Assembly (NCBI GenBank): GCA_963695545.1
Contig: OY968796.1
Location: forward strand, 2,752,001 to 2,816,000
Direction of reading: 5' to 3'
DNA: 64,000 nucleotides
Source: Terriglobia bacterium
GTDB taxonomy: Bacteria; Acidobacteriota; Terriglobia; Acidiferrales; UBA7541
Below, one piece after another: positions 28,126 to 36,837 of this stretch. Every line of letters begins with the position of its first letter. The stretch's first letter is position 1. The notes beneath the pieces were generated by a model that worked only from the letters and a program-made list of their open reading frames with translations, did no database searches and was not told where the DNA came from. The position numbers and the translations under genes were made by a program.

Positions 28126-29562
28126 CTATTGTGTGCTCAGCTGAAGAATCGACGGAAGCGGGAACTTGGAAATGTCGACGGTGACCTGCGCGGTAAGCTG
28201 AGTGAGCAGGCGAAAAACGTCGCGGTTCCAATCCAGGTCTGCGCTGGGATTCGCCGGCGGCGGCGCGCTGGCGTCAGTAACGGCGTACGATGCATTCCGG
28301 TAGGTCAATTGAACCAGTGGCGGAATGGTTGGCTGGGTAGCGTCCCACTTGAGATGCAAGATCGGCTGCTGCTCAACCGGAGGGACCACGTCGGTGAATG
28401 GCAAGGTGGCGTTCGGATCGGCCGCGGTGGGGGCGGGGATGGCAGGATTTGTCGACATGAAATCTTTGAAACTGTCCTGCTCCTGAGCTGCCGCGGCCAT
28501 CACGCCGATCAGAGAACGCATCACGATCTCGCACGAGAATTTTTTCTGGTCGGCCACGTCGGTCGCGTTGTAACTCTGCTGAACAGTGAATCCATCCTTA
28601 AGGACCTGGACAAAGATCTGTTGGACGGTTTGTCCTGCCAGTCCACCCTTGTTCAATTCCGGCATGTCGGCGTCGATCGTGGCGTTCAGAGCGGCATCAG
28701 CGGCAGCCTGCGTCTCGCCTGCGGCCGCGGGCTCGTTCAAAGTAAATACGCCGACGACGTTGTCCTGATTCAAATCCCATTGGCCCTTATCGTTCTGCCT
28801 CCAAACTAGCCCCTTGGATTGCGCGTCCATAATGTTTTGGGCGGTCGGTGGACCAACGATGGACGAGCCGGCAACGGGAACGAACATCTCCTTGCCTTGC
28901 AAGCGCAAAAAGCCGCGCTTCTGCATCTCGTAGGCGATCGCGCTGACTCGAAGGAAGCGCGCATAGTTTTCGGCATTATCGAGAGTGGCGGAATTGCGGA
29001 TCACTTCCCAATACTTTGTGCCGGGCTGGCGAAACTCGATGCGATCGACCATCAGGCGGAAAAGCTGGTCCACGCGCCAGCCTTGCTGATAAAGGTTGTA
29101 AAAAATCAGAGGATCGATCGGCTTCAATAATTGCTGGGCCGTTGTGTCGTCATTCACCGGAATGAACTGGAAGCTGGGATTTTTCTGGTAGAACAGGGTC
29201 GGCGTCCCGCCGCCGATCGCGTTGCCGGCGGAAGCGGTGCCCTGAATCACATAGTTTCCGGTGCCCTGGAGGCCCGCCGACATTTGGTACGACGTAGCGA
29301 TCTGTCCGAGCTTGAAGAAATACGTCGGGTCGTGCTGATCGAGGCGCGCCAAGTTCAAGAGCATCTCGCGGTTGGAAGTTAATGCGTAGATGTCCTCGTA
29401 GTCGGTGTAGTCCGCCTTCAGGCGTCCCGCGGCGGAGCATCCCGACACAAACATGACGAAGAGGCACACAGGAGCCAGAAGACTTCCGGTGCGCGGTCTC
29501 GGCTTTGGCAACGGCGTCTCGCTGATCCGGTGCCCAAGGGGGCATGAAGTTCCGGGTTTCAT
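28126..29562 (-). CDS. Uncharacterised lipoprotein, paralogue B (478 aa)
   Basis: Lipobox FVSGC; core EMLLNLARLDQHDP.FFKLGQI...P.FQFIPVND...LLKPIDP..FY.LYQQGWRVDQLFRLMVDRIE shared with the upstream gene. Confidence 0.8.
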   Translation of the reverse strand: MKPGTSCPLGHRISETPLPKPRPRTGSLLAPVCLFVMFVSGCSAAGRLKADYTDYEDIYALTSNREMLLNLARLDQHDPTYFFKLGQIATSYQMSAGLQGTGNYVIQGTASAGNAIGGGTPTLFYQKNPSFQFIPVNDDTTAQQLLKPIDPLIFYNLYQQGWRVDQLFRLMVDRIEFRQPGTKYWEVIRNSATLDNAENYARFLRVSAIAYEMQKRGFLRLQGKEMFVPVAGSSIVGPPTAQNIMDAQSKGLVWRQNDKGQWDLNQDNVVGVFTLNEPAAAGETQAAADAALNATIDADMPELNKGGLAGQTVQQIFVQVLKDGFTVQQSYNATDVADQKKFSCEIVMRSLIGVMAAAAQEQDSFKDFMSTNPAIPAPTAADPNATLPFTDVVPPVEQQPILHLKWDATQPTIPPLVQLTYRNASYAVTDASAPPPANPSADLDWNRDVFRLLTQLTAQVTVDISKFPLPSILQLSTQ

Positions 29563-29579
29563 GTCTATTGAATTGCGTA

Positions 29580-29618
29580 ATTCTATATACAGAGTGGGCG
29601 GTTGACAACATCAATGTT
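29580..29618 (-). promoter_or_regulatory. Sigma70-type promoter TTGTCA-17-TAGAAT with AACA-N4-TGTT inverted repeat (copy B)
   Basis: Plus strand ATTCTA 29580-29585, TGACAA 29603-29608, AACA-tcaa-TGTT 29607-29618; same hexamers and spacing as copy A. Confidence 0.7.
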
Positions 29619-29660
29619 TCTTGCTCGCGGCGATTGGCGGCCGGAAGGCGGGCGCGCAGC

Positions 29661-31556
29661 TTATTGAGCGGTCAACTGTAGGATTGTCGGAACGGGGAAC
29701 TTGGAAATGTCTACCGTAACCTGCGCGGCGAGTTGAGAGATGAGGCGAAAGGAATCACGGTTCCAGGCGGCGTTATCGTCGGGCAGCGCTGGCGCGCGCT
29801 GGCCGTTGGCGGGCGCGTTTGGGGCGCCCTTGCCCGCGGCTTTCACGTCCGTGACCAGGTATTGCTGATTGCGATAGGTGAGTTGAACCAGCGGCGCGAT
29901 GACCGAATCTTCGGGCTTCCACGTGAGGGTGATGATGGGCTGCTGCTCGATGCGCGGCACGACATCGGAGAAGGGCCGCATCTCCGTCGTGCCGGCTGCC
30001 GTGGGAGTGGGGATGTACGGATAATTTTTCAATTGATCGAATTCGTCCTGCTCCTCCGCGGCCGCGGACATCACGCCGATCAGAGAACGCATCACCAAGT
30101 GACAAGAGACGTTTCCCGAGTCGTCGCCGGAATCGGCTGAGTTCGACGCGGAAGCGGCGGAGTCTTTGGTCGAATTCGTTGAGCCTTGGGCCGAAGCCGT
30201 GGAGCTCTTGCCGGGAGTTGCGGAGTTCTTTGTCGAATGTGAGGACCCTCCGGCAGAAGAGCTTGTCGTCTCGTCGGTGGAATCCGAAGAGTCGTCCGGC
30301 GAGTCTGCTGAGTTGACGTTTCCTTCAACCGTGAATCCGCTCTCGAGAATGGCGAGAAACACCTGTTGAACGTTCTCACCGCCCCTTCCACCAACGGCCA
30401 GTTCGGGCATGTCCGCGTCGATTCTGACGATCATAGAATTCTGCGCCGAAGCGGCGGCAGTGGCAGCGGAGGTCTTAGCAGTGGCAGCGGCGGTCGCGTC
30501 AGCGGGATTTGCAGCCGCCGTTTTAGCATCGGTTGCGGCGGCGTCGGCGTCAGCGGCGGCTTTGTCGGCGGCGGCTTTGACACTCTCGGCGGCGATCTTA
30601 GCGGCAGCGGCGGCAGGATCGCCGGGATTGGAATTCGCCGTGGCCTCGGCGGCGAGAGCGGACGCATCGGCATCGTCAGCGGCATTTTGCAGCTCAGCCG
30701 GAGTGGTGGGCACGTTCAAGATAAACACGGGAATCAGCTTGCCCTTCTTTTCCAGCTCCCACTCGCCGGTGGTCGCGTCCTGCTTCCAATTGAGGCCTTG
30801 GGATTGCGCATCCAACATGTCTTTCGCGGAGGGCGGGTTCCACGATTCGGAGGTGCTCACGATGCGAGTGGGTTGCTGGCGGCCTTCCAGGCGCAAGTAT
30901 CCGAGCTTCTGCATTTCGTAGGCCACCGCGCTGACGCGAAGAAACCGCGCGTAGTTCTCGACATTATCCAGCGTGGGAGCATTGCGGATGACTTCCCAAT
31001 ACTTGCCGTTCGGCTCGCGAAATTCGATGCGATCCACCATCAACCGGAAGAGCTGATCGACGCGCCAGCCCTGCTGGTAGAGCGCATAAAAAATTTCAGG
31101 GTCGATGGGTTTCAATAAGAGTTGAGCCGTGGTGTCGTCATTCACCGGGATAAATTGAAACGTTGGGGTCTTCTGATATGAGACGGTTGGGGCCCCGCCG
31201 CCGCCCACGCCGTTCGCGTTGCTCGTGGGACTGAACATGCCGTTGCCGGTCAGCGAAGCGCCCATTTGATATTGCGTTCCAATCTGCCCGAGCTTGAAGA
31301 AAAATGTGGGATCGTGTTGATCGAGACGCGCGAGATTCAAGAGCATTTCCTGGTTCGAGGTCTGCGCGTAGGCAGCTTCGTAATCGGTGTAGTCGGCCTT
31401 CAATCGCGTCGCGGCGCAGCCGGATGAAAAAATCAAAGCGAGGCACAGGGGCGCGAAAGTCAGCAGGGCGATGATCCGACGAACCGCGTCCGACCGTTTT
31501 TGCGGCAACGTCGCACGCCTCCGGCGATTTCCGGTGCGATGTGGATTGGGCCCCAT
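29661..31556 (-). CDS. Uncharacterised lipoprotein, paralogue A, with Ala-rich and Ser/Thr/Asp-rich insertions
   Basis: Lipobox FSSGC; same conserved core as paralogue B. Start moved to ATG 31556 because the ORF-track start at 31607 lies upstream of the promoter. Confidence 0.8.
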   Translation of the reverse strand: MGPNPHRTGNRRRRATLPQKRSDAVRRIIALLTFAPLCLALIFSSGCAATRLKADYTDYEAAYAQTSNQEMLLNLARLDQHDPTFFFKLGQIGTQYQMGASLTGNGMFSPTSNANGVGGGGAPTVSYQKTPTFQFIPVNDDTTAQLLLKPIDPEIFYALYQQGWRVDQLFRLMVDRIEFREPNGKYWEVIRNAPTLDNVENYARFLRVSAVAYEMQKLGYLRLEGRQQPTRIVSTSESWNPPSAKDMLDAQSQGLNWKQDATTGEWELEKKGKLIPVFILNVPTTPAELQNAADDADASALAAEATANSNPGDPAAAAAKIAAESVKAAADKAAADADAAATDAKTAAANPADATAAATAKTSAATAAASAQNSMIVRIDADMPELAVGGRGGENVQQVFLAILESGFTVEGNVNSADSPDDSSDSTDETTSSSAGGSSHSTKNSATPGKSSTASAQGSTNSTKDSAASASNSADSGDDSGNVSCHLVMRSLIGVMSAAAEEQDEFDQLKNYPYIPTPTAAGTTEMRPFSDVVPRIEQQPIITLTWKPEDSVIAPLVQLTYRNQQYLVTDVKAAGKGAPNAPANGQRAPALPDDNAAWNRDSFRLISQLAAQVTVDISKFPVPTILQLTAQ

Positions 31557-31575
31557 ATCGAGCGATTTGCGCGCC

Positions 31576-31617
31576 ATTCTATATATGGTCCTCGCGGCTG
31601 ACAACACAAATGTTGTC
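31576..31617 (-). promoter_or_regulatory. Sigma70-type promoter TTGTCA-17-TAGAAT with GACAACA-N4-TGTTGTC palindrome (copy A)
   Basis: Plus strand ATTCTA 31576-31581, TGACAA 31599-31604, palindrome 31600-31617. Confidence 0.7.
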
Positions 31618-31765
31618 CACGCGCAGGCCTTTCGGAATGAATTCAGCAGGCGATTAAATAAATGCTAAGGGTGGCAGCGATCACGATCGCGGGGCCGTGC
31701 AGCAGCGCTCCGCCCCAAATGGCCAACGTGATTCACAGCGCGGGAAGGGAAGCGAACGCGCTCCG

Positions 31766-32176
31766 TCAGGATTGGTCTGGATCCTGGTATTCGAGAGGAA
31801 CATCATCCTCGGGAACTTCTCTGGTCGTCACTTCGCCCTGATCGGGATCCTTGGCGTTTTCCACGCCGCTGACGGCTTCGGCTTCGAAGTCCTGGCCCTC
31901 TTCGGCCAATTCCTCGACGCTTTCGGAATCGACGTCTTCCTTCTCGGACAATCCCTGAGTGTCGCCGGATTGCCCGCCGGATGCCGAGCCCGTGCCTCGG
32001 CGATCCCAGAGCCCGACCGGATTGGTGAGTTCGACCGTGCCTCGGCCAGCTGCTTTCTTCCGGCGAATCGGCTTCTTTTTGGAGGCTACCTTTTTTTTCG
32101 GAGCGAGTTTCTTTCTAGGAGCCGGTTTTTTCTTGCCGGCAGATTTCTTCTTGCGCGGTGCTTTTCTTTTGGCCAT
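31766..32176 (-). CDS. Small protein with Lys-rich (histone-H1-like) N-terminus and acidic C-terminus
   Basis: MAKRKAPRKKKSAGKKKPAPRKK... then GGQSGDTQGLS..EDVDSESVEELAEEGQ.FEAE... Confidence 0.75.
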   Translation of the reverse strand: MAKRKAPRKKKSAGKKKPAPRKKLAPKKKVASKKKPIRRKKAAGRGTVELTNPVGLWDRRGTGSASGGQSGDTQGLSEKEDVDSESVEELAEEGQDFEAEAVSGVENAKDPDQGEVTTREVPEDDVPLEYQDPDQS

Positions 32177-32448
32177 GAGCGAAGTCTATCAAACGCTTCT
32201 TGTCGCGACAACATGCGCCGAACGCGGCGTGCCCGGCGAGTTTTCCGGACGCCGCCATATTTTCGTGTCGAGCTCGCCCACTGTAGCACTGGCGACCCAC
32301 GGGCGGCGGCGGGTCACCGGCGAAGGGCAGCGCCGCTAGGAGGAACGGCCCCGCCCTGCCGGTGATTCTTGCGGCGATCCAAGGCGTCCGCGGGTTGCGT
32401 GCGTCGGGCGCGCGCCCGCGGACGAGCCATGGTTGGGGTGCTGCAAGC

Positions 32449-35400
32449 TCAAAAGGCGAACTTCAGGCCGAACTGCATTTGTCGCGGCGGGTTGGCGCCG
32501 GTGATTTGGCCGAAAGTGCTGCCAGTTATGGTGGTGCTGGGGTTCGAGTAATTGACGTGGTTGAAGGCGTTGTACGCGTCCCATTGGAACGTGACGAGCA
32601 TACTCTCTCGGATCGGGAAGTTCTTGCGCAGTGAGAGGTCCCACCCGTAATAGCCCGGTCCGAAGATGTTTCCGAGAGGCGCATTGCCCATCGAACCATC
32701 TATTCCCGCTGACGAGAATATTGTCTCCGCGCCAACTTTTGAGGACACTTCGCCCGTCGAGAATGCGGCGGGATTGACGTAGCAGATCTTGGATGCTGGG
32801 CACGTTCCGCTGCCGAATGAAGCACCGCCTTGAGCAACGCTGTCGACGAGCGCCGCGCCAGACACGAGTTCCGCCCTGTTGGTGAAAGTTGTGCCGCCGT
32901 TCAGCAGAAGTCCGGCGGAGTTCACAAGCCCCGCCGAGCCCGTAGCTGTCAAGGCTTGGCCGGATTGGAACCGAGTGACGCCGCTCAGTGTCCAGTGGGA
33001 GAGGAACGCGCCCCCGACGCCCCTGAGATTTTTCAGGAAAGGTTCATTCAAGGTGTAGGCAGCGACAAACACCTGCGGGATATCGAGGGTCGTCGGCCCA
33101 TACCAGTATCTTATCCACGATTCCGTCGCGCCGTTTGCGGTGGTGCATGAGAAGGCGCATTCAGGATATAGGTTGTCGCCGAGGCCCGTGCCGGTGGAGA
33201 GAGTCTTAGACCAGGTATAGGCGAGTTGGAAACTCGAGTCGCCCTTGGTTTTGGTGGCGGAAACCTGCAAGGAGTTATAGTTGCTGATTCCGTCGCTCTG
33301 ATACACCCCCGGATCCGTGTAACCGAGGTAGGGGCGGATTGAATTGATGAAACCCGCTGGATCGGCCGCTGTCCCACCCGCGGTGGCGTTTGGTATTGCC
33401 AGAGCAGCGGCGAACGTCGGCACGTTGATGTCGGGTTCTCTCAGCTCGTGCCAACCGTGATCGCCGACATAGGCCGCTTGGAAGAATATGCCGTCGGGCA
33501 GTTGCCTCTGGATGCTGAGACTGTATTGTTGGTCTCGCGCGACCCTGAGATTGGGATTGATGCCGGTGGTACTGCCAATCGTTGGGGTGGCTCCGCTCGC
33601 CGGCAGCGCTCCCAAGTTTCCGGCCGTGTACGTTACGGACTGCACGAACGGCACCACGCCCGTGTTACCGAAGACGAGGTTGCCTTCCGGCTTGTCGTAG
33701 AAAACGCCCCAGCCGGCGCGCACAACGGTTTTGTCATTAATCGCCCAGGCGATGCCGACGCGCGGACCGAACAGGCCCTCGGGTGCGAAGAAGCCGCGAT
33801 ACCCCGACGCGCCGACGGTGGTCACGAACGAACTATCGCCGTTCGGCACGCGCACCAACTGATCGGTTGGCACGTTTCCCGTGCGCAGGACGCCGTCAAC
33901 GACGTAACCTCCGGTGGCACACGGGCCTGCTGCGGCCACGCTGTTGGGTGGTCCCGGGCAATCGAGGTTCAATCCCGTGCCCACCGAGGTCGGGACGTTC
34001 GTATTGGAATTGGGAACGGAAACCAAGCCTGGGATGTAAGCGGCCGGGTCAAAGAAGGCGAGGTTATTTGCCTGTGTGTACGTCGGCACCGTGTAATCCC
34101 AGCGCAGGCCGAGATCCAGGCTCAAGCTGTGGGTGACTTTCCATGAATCGGCGGCGTACGTGCCGAAGTCATTGAACCGGTAATGGCCAACCGGGTCGGC
34201 GGAAAGCTGCGTATACGAGTTGTAGTTCCCCAGCAACTGGTCGGCGAACTGATCGCCCGTGAAATTGGCATTGGCGGAACTGAAGCCCACGTTGCCTTCG
34301 GGCGATTGTTGCCGGGAATTCTGATCCTTGCGATTCCTGGCATAGAGAGCTCCGAAGCGGAACGTGTGATTCCGCCACGAGTATGTAAGGTTGTCCGTGG
34401 GAGAGACGTCGGAAGTCGGCGCGAGCAGGTAGTTGTATGGCCCGTAGATTTCCGCGGGGCAATTGTTTCCGGAGCAAGTTCCGCCGCTTGAAATCGTAGG
34501 AATCCCGGTCGGATAGGGCCCGACGTTGCCAAACGGCTCGATGTAATTCGCGCCGGCGCCGGTGTTGGTGAATCCGTATGTAGCTTCCTGCCACAGATTG
34601 CCGGTCACCGGAATGCGCTGCTTGTTCCACGCGACGGTCAACTTCGCTTCGTTAATCAGGTGGCTATTGGCCGTCCACACGTCGGCAAGCTGGAAGTCGT
34701 ACCCCGGGCGGTTGCGCAGCGAGGGCGACGTCGGAAGCGCCGAGCCGTGGCCGGGTCCGAATATGCCAAACGGATCCACTAGCAGTAGGTGATCGTGGAT
34801 CGACCGGAAGTATAGGCTGTGGTTTTGTGTCGGATGATAATCCGCGCGAACCACGTCCTCTTCCCAGTTCTGCGGAGTCGAAGGCGTGAAGCTTGCGTTG
34901 TTGGTTGTCGGAGTATTGGCGAAACTCGCGGCGGATAGCGGCGTTGCTCCCGGCGTATCAAGCATGCTGTAGACTTTCGCGATGGCCTGCCCGGCGCCCG
35001 TGATGCAGCTTGGATTGATGGCGTTTCCGGATCCCGTGGCGCTCGCGGTGAACACCGTGCCGCCGTTGTAGCTGCCGATGCAGCTATCGGCGACTGTGCC
35101 TTTGGCTTGCAGCGTTTCTCCGGTGTCAGCAAAGTTGCCCATTAGTTCCGAGGTGGTGGGCACCGTCAGCGTGATCGTGCCGTCCCCGGGGATCACCAGG
35201 CGCTTCGCTTCCATTCCGAAAAAGATGAACAGCTTATGTTTGATGACGGGTCCGCCGACGTCGCCGCCGAAATCGTTGAAACGGATCTCGGGAATCTTGG
35301 TCGTGGGCAAGTTGCCGGTGGAAACCTGCAGGGCGTTCCTGGCATCGAAGACGTTGTTGCGCACGTATTCAAACACGCCCCCGTGCCAGGCGTCTCCGCC

Positions 35401-36165
35401 GCTCTTTGTGACCACGTTGATCGACGCACCGTTGCTGCGGCCGAATTCCGCGTCATAGTTCGACGTCTGGATGTTCACTTCCTGAACGAAGTCGATACCG
35501 ACGTTGTTGACCTGCGAGGCGTTCGAACCTGAGTCCATGTTGTAGCCGCCATCCACGGTCCACAGATTGCCGTCGCCGCGCTGGCCGTTTATGACCGAGG
35601 GATTAAGACCCTGGCCGGTCGTGAACGCAGTTTGATCGAAGTTTCCTTGGCTGATCGGCGCGCCAGGGATCAGAGTGGAGAGCTGAACGTAGTTCCGTTC
35701 GTTCAATGACATGTTGCCCAAAGTCCGGGCGTCCACAGTGGACGATATTTCAGAGGACGTTTGATTGACGGTCTGGCCTGTGGCGGTCACTTGGATCGTC
35801 TCGGTGGCTTGGCCGATTTGCAGCGTTAGGTCCACGGTGACGTGGGCGCCCGCGACCAAATCGTTTCCCGATTTCGTCGTGACCTTAAATCCCTTTAGCG
35901 TCGCCGCCACGGTATAGGTACCCACCGGGAGCTGGGCGGCGACAAAGTATCCGTCCTCGTTGGCGGTCACCGAGCGGGTTAATCCGGTTTGCTCGTTTGT
36001 AATTTTGACGCTCGCGTCCGGCACGGCCGCGCCGGTCGAGTCGGTCACCGTACCGTTGATTGTGCCGAAAACGTCTTGCGCTTGGGAAACCCGCGCCGTG
36101 AAAGCGATAGCCAACGCGGCCAGCAAAGCCGTCAGCATCCAGGCTGACAAAACACGAAATCGCAC
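32449..36165 (-). CDS. TonB-dependent receptor (Oar-like, N-terminal carboxypeptidase-regulatory-like domain)
   Basis: Signal peptide; GTVTDSTGA.VP.A.V; RNY.QL..L.PG; YDAEFGR..G..IN.VTKSG; LGLRWDY; PRVG.AW; ends RQMQFGLKFAF. AAGGAGG RBS before GTG 36165. Confidence 0.93.
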   Translation of the reverse strand: MRFRVLSAWMLTALLAALAIAFTARVSQAQDVFGTINGTVTDSTGAAVPDASVKITNEQTGLTRSVTANEDGYFVAAQLPVGTYTVAATLKGFKVTTKSGNDLVAGAHVTVDLTLQIGQATETIQVTATGQTVNQTSSEISSTVDARTLGNMSLNERNYVQLSTLIPGAPISQGNFDQTAFTTGQGLNPSVINGQRGDGNLWTVDGGYNMDSGSNASQVNNVGIDFVQEVNIQTSNYDAEFGRSNGASINVVTKSGGDAWHGGVFEYVRNNVFDARNALQVSTGNLPTTKIPEIRFNDFGGDVGGPVIKHKLFIFFGMEAKRLVIPGDGTITLTVPTTSELMGNFADTGETLQAKGTVADSCIGSYNGGTVFTASATGSGNAINPSCITGAGQAIAKVYSMLDTPGATPLSAASFANTPTTNNASFTPSTPQNWEEDVVRADYHPTQNHSLYFRSIHDHLLLVDPFGIFGPGHGSALPTSPSLRNRPGYDFQLADVWTANSHLINEAKLTVAWNKQRIPVTGNLWQEATYGFTNTGAGANYIEPFGNVGPYPTGIPTISSGGTCSGNNCPAEIYGPYNYLLAPTSDVSPTDNLTYSWRNHTFRFGALYARNRKDQNSRQQSPEGNVGFSSANANFTGDQFADQLLGNYNSYTQLSADPVGHYRFNDFGTYAADSWKVTHSLSLDLGLRWDYTVPTYTQANNLAFFDPAAYIPGLVSVPNSNTNVPTSVGTGLNLDCPGPPNSVAAAGPCATGGYVVDGVLRTGNVPTDQLVRVPNGDSSFVTTVGASGYRGFFAPEGLFGPRVGIAWAINDKTVVRAGWGVFYDKPEGNLVFGNTGVVPFVQSVTYTAGNLGALPASGATPTIGSTTGINPNLRVARDQQYSLSIQRQLPDGIFFQAAYVGDHGWHELREPDINVPTFAAALAIPNATAGGTAADPAGFINSIRPYLGYTDPGVYQSDGISNYNSLQVSATKTKGDSSFQLAYTWSKTLSTGTGLGDNLYPECAFSCTTANGATESWIRYWYGPTTLDIPQVFVAAYTLNEPFLKNLRGVGGAFLSHWTLSGVTRFQSGQALTATGSAGLVNSAGLLLNGGTTFTNRAELVSGAALVDSVAQGGASFGSGTCPASKICYVNPAAFSTGEVSSKVGAETIFSSAGIDGSMGNAPLGNIFGPGYYGWDLSLRKNFPIRESMLVTFQWDAYNAFNHVNYSNPSTTITGSTFGQITGANPPRQMQFGLKFAF

Positions 36166-36556
36166 AGTTGCCTCCTTGTTAGCGAATTCCAAAAGCTCGA
36201 TCCACCCCGTGAATCCAGACGCCCGTGGGAATGCGCCGGGCGCTTGGATCCGATCAAACGGAACCGCACTCTCTGGAACCCATGAGAAATATCGATTTGT
36301 CTAAACACCCCGAACCACTTGGCCAGGTGTTAATCCAAGTGCATAGGATCTGTCAATCGGCAACATCGATTTTCTATTGCTCTTTTGACACGGCTGGGCG
36401 AATACCGGCCTAGCAGCCGCGAAGAGCGACGCCGCGGCTCTCGGCGCGAGCCCGAATTCGCTACGAACCTTCTGCCACTCTACGATTTCGGTTCGTCCCA
36501 TGCCCTCCGCCCCGGTTGCGCCTTTCTGACAGTTTCAGGCGGCGGACGGAAGTTAG

Positions 36557-36578
36557 TTAACGGTGAATTCACGGTTAA
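36557..36578. promoter_or_regulatory. 22-bp near-perfect palindrome, candidate operator
   Basis: TTAAC-g-GTGAATTCAC-g-GTTAA in the divergent TonB/regulator spacer. Confidence 0.45.
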
Positions 36579-36837
36579 GAGTTCAAGATGTGAAATCAAT
36601 GTGGGACGTGCAACTCCTTAGGGTTGAGCAATTTACGTCGTACCGCTGCTGCCCCCCGTCGTCCCCAGCCGGTCCTATCACTTTGCCCGCCGGATGTAGT
36701 CCCCTCCGAGCCTCCGTACAAAAACCGTGCGTCTATGGACAGACTCGAAGGCGGCTTGGCGTTAAACGTTGCACTAAATTGCGCTATACTCACGCCAACT
36801 TGCGGACGTCGGGGTACGTTCGCGAAATCCTTCCGGG

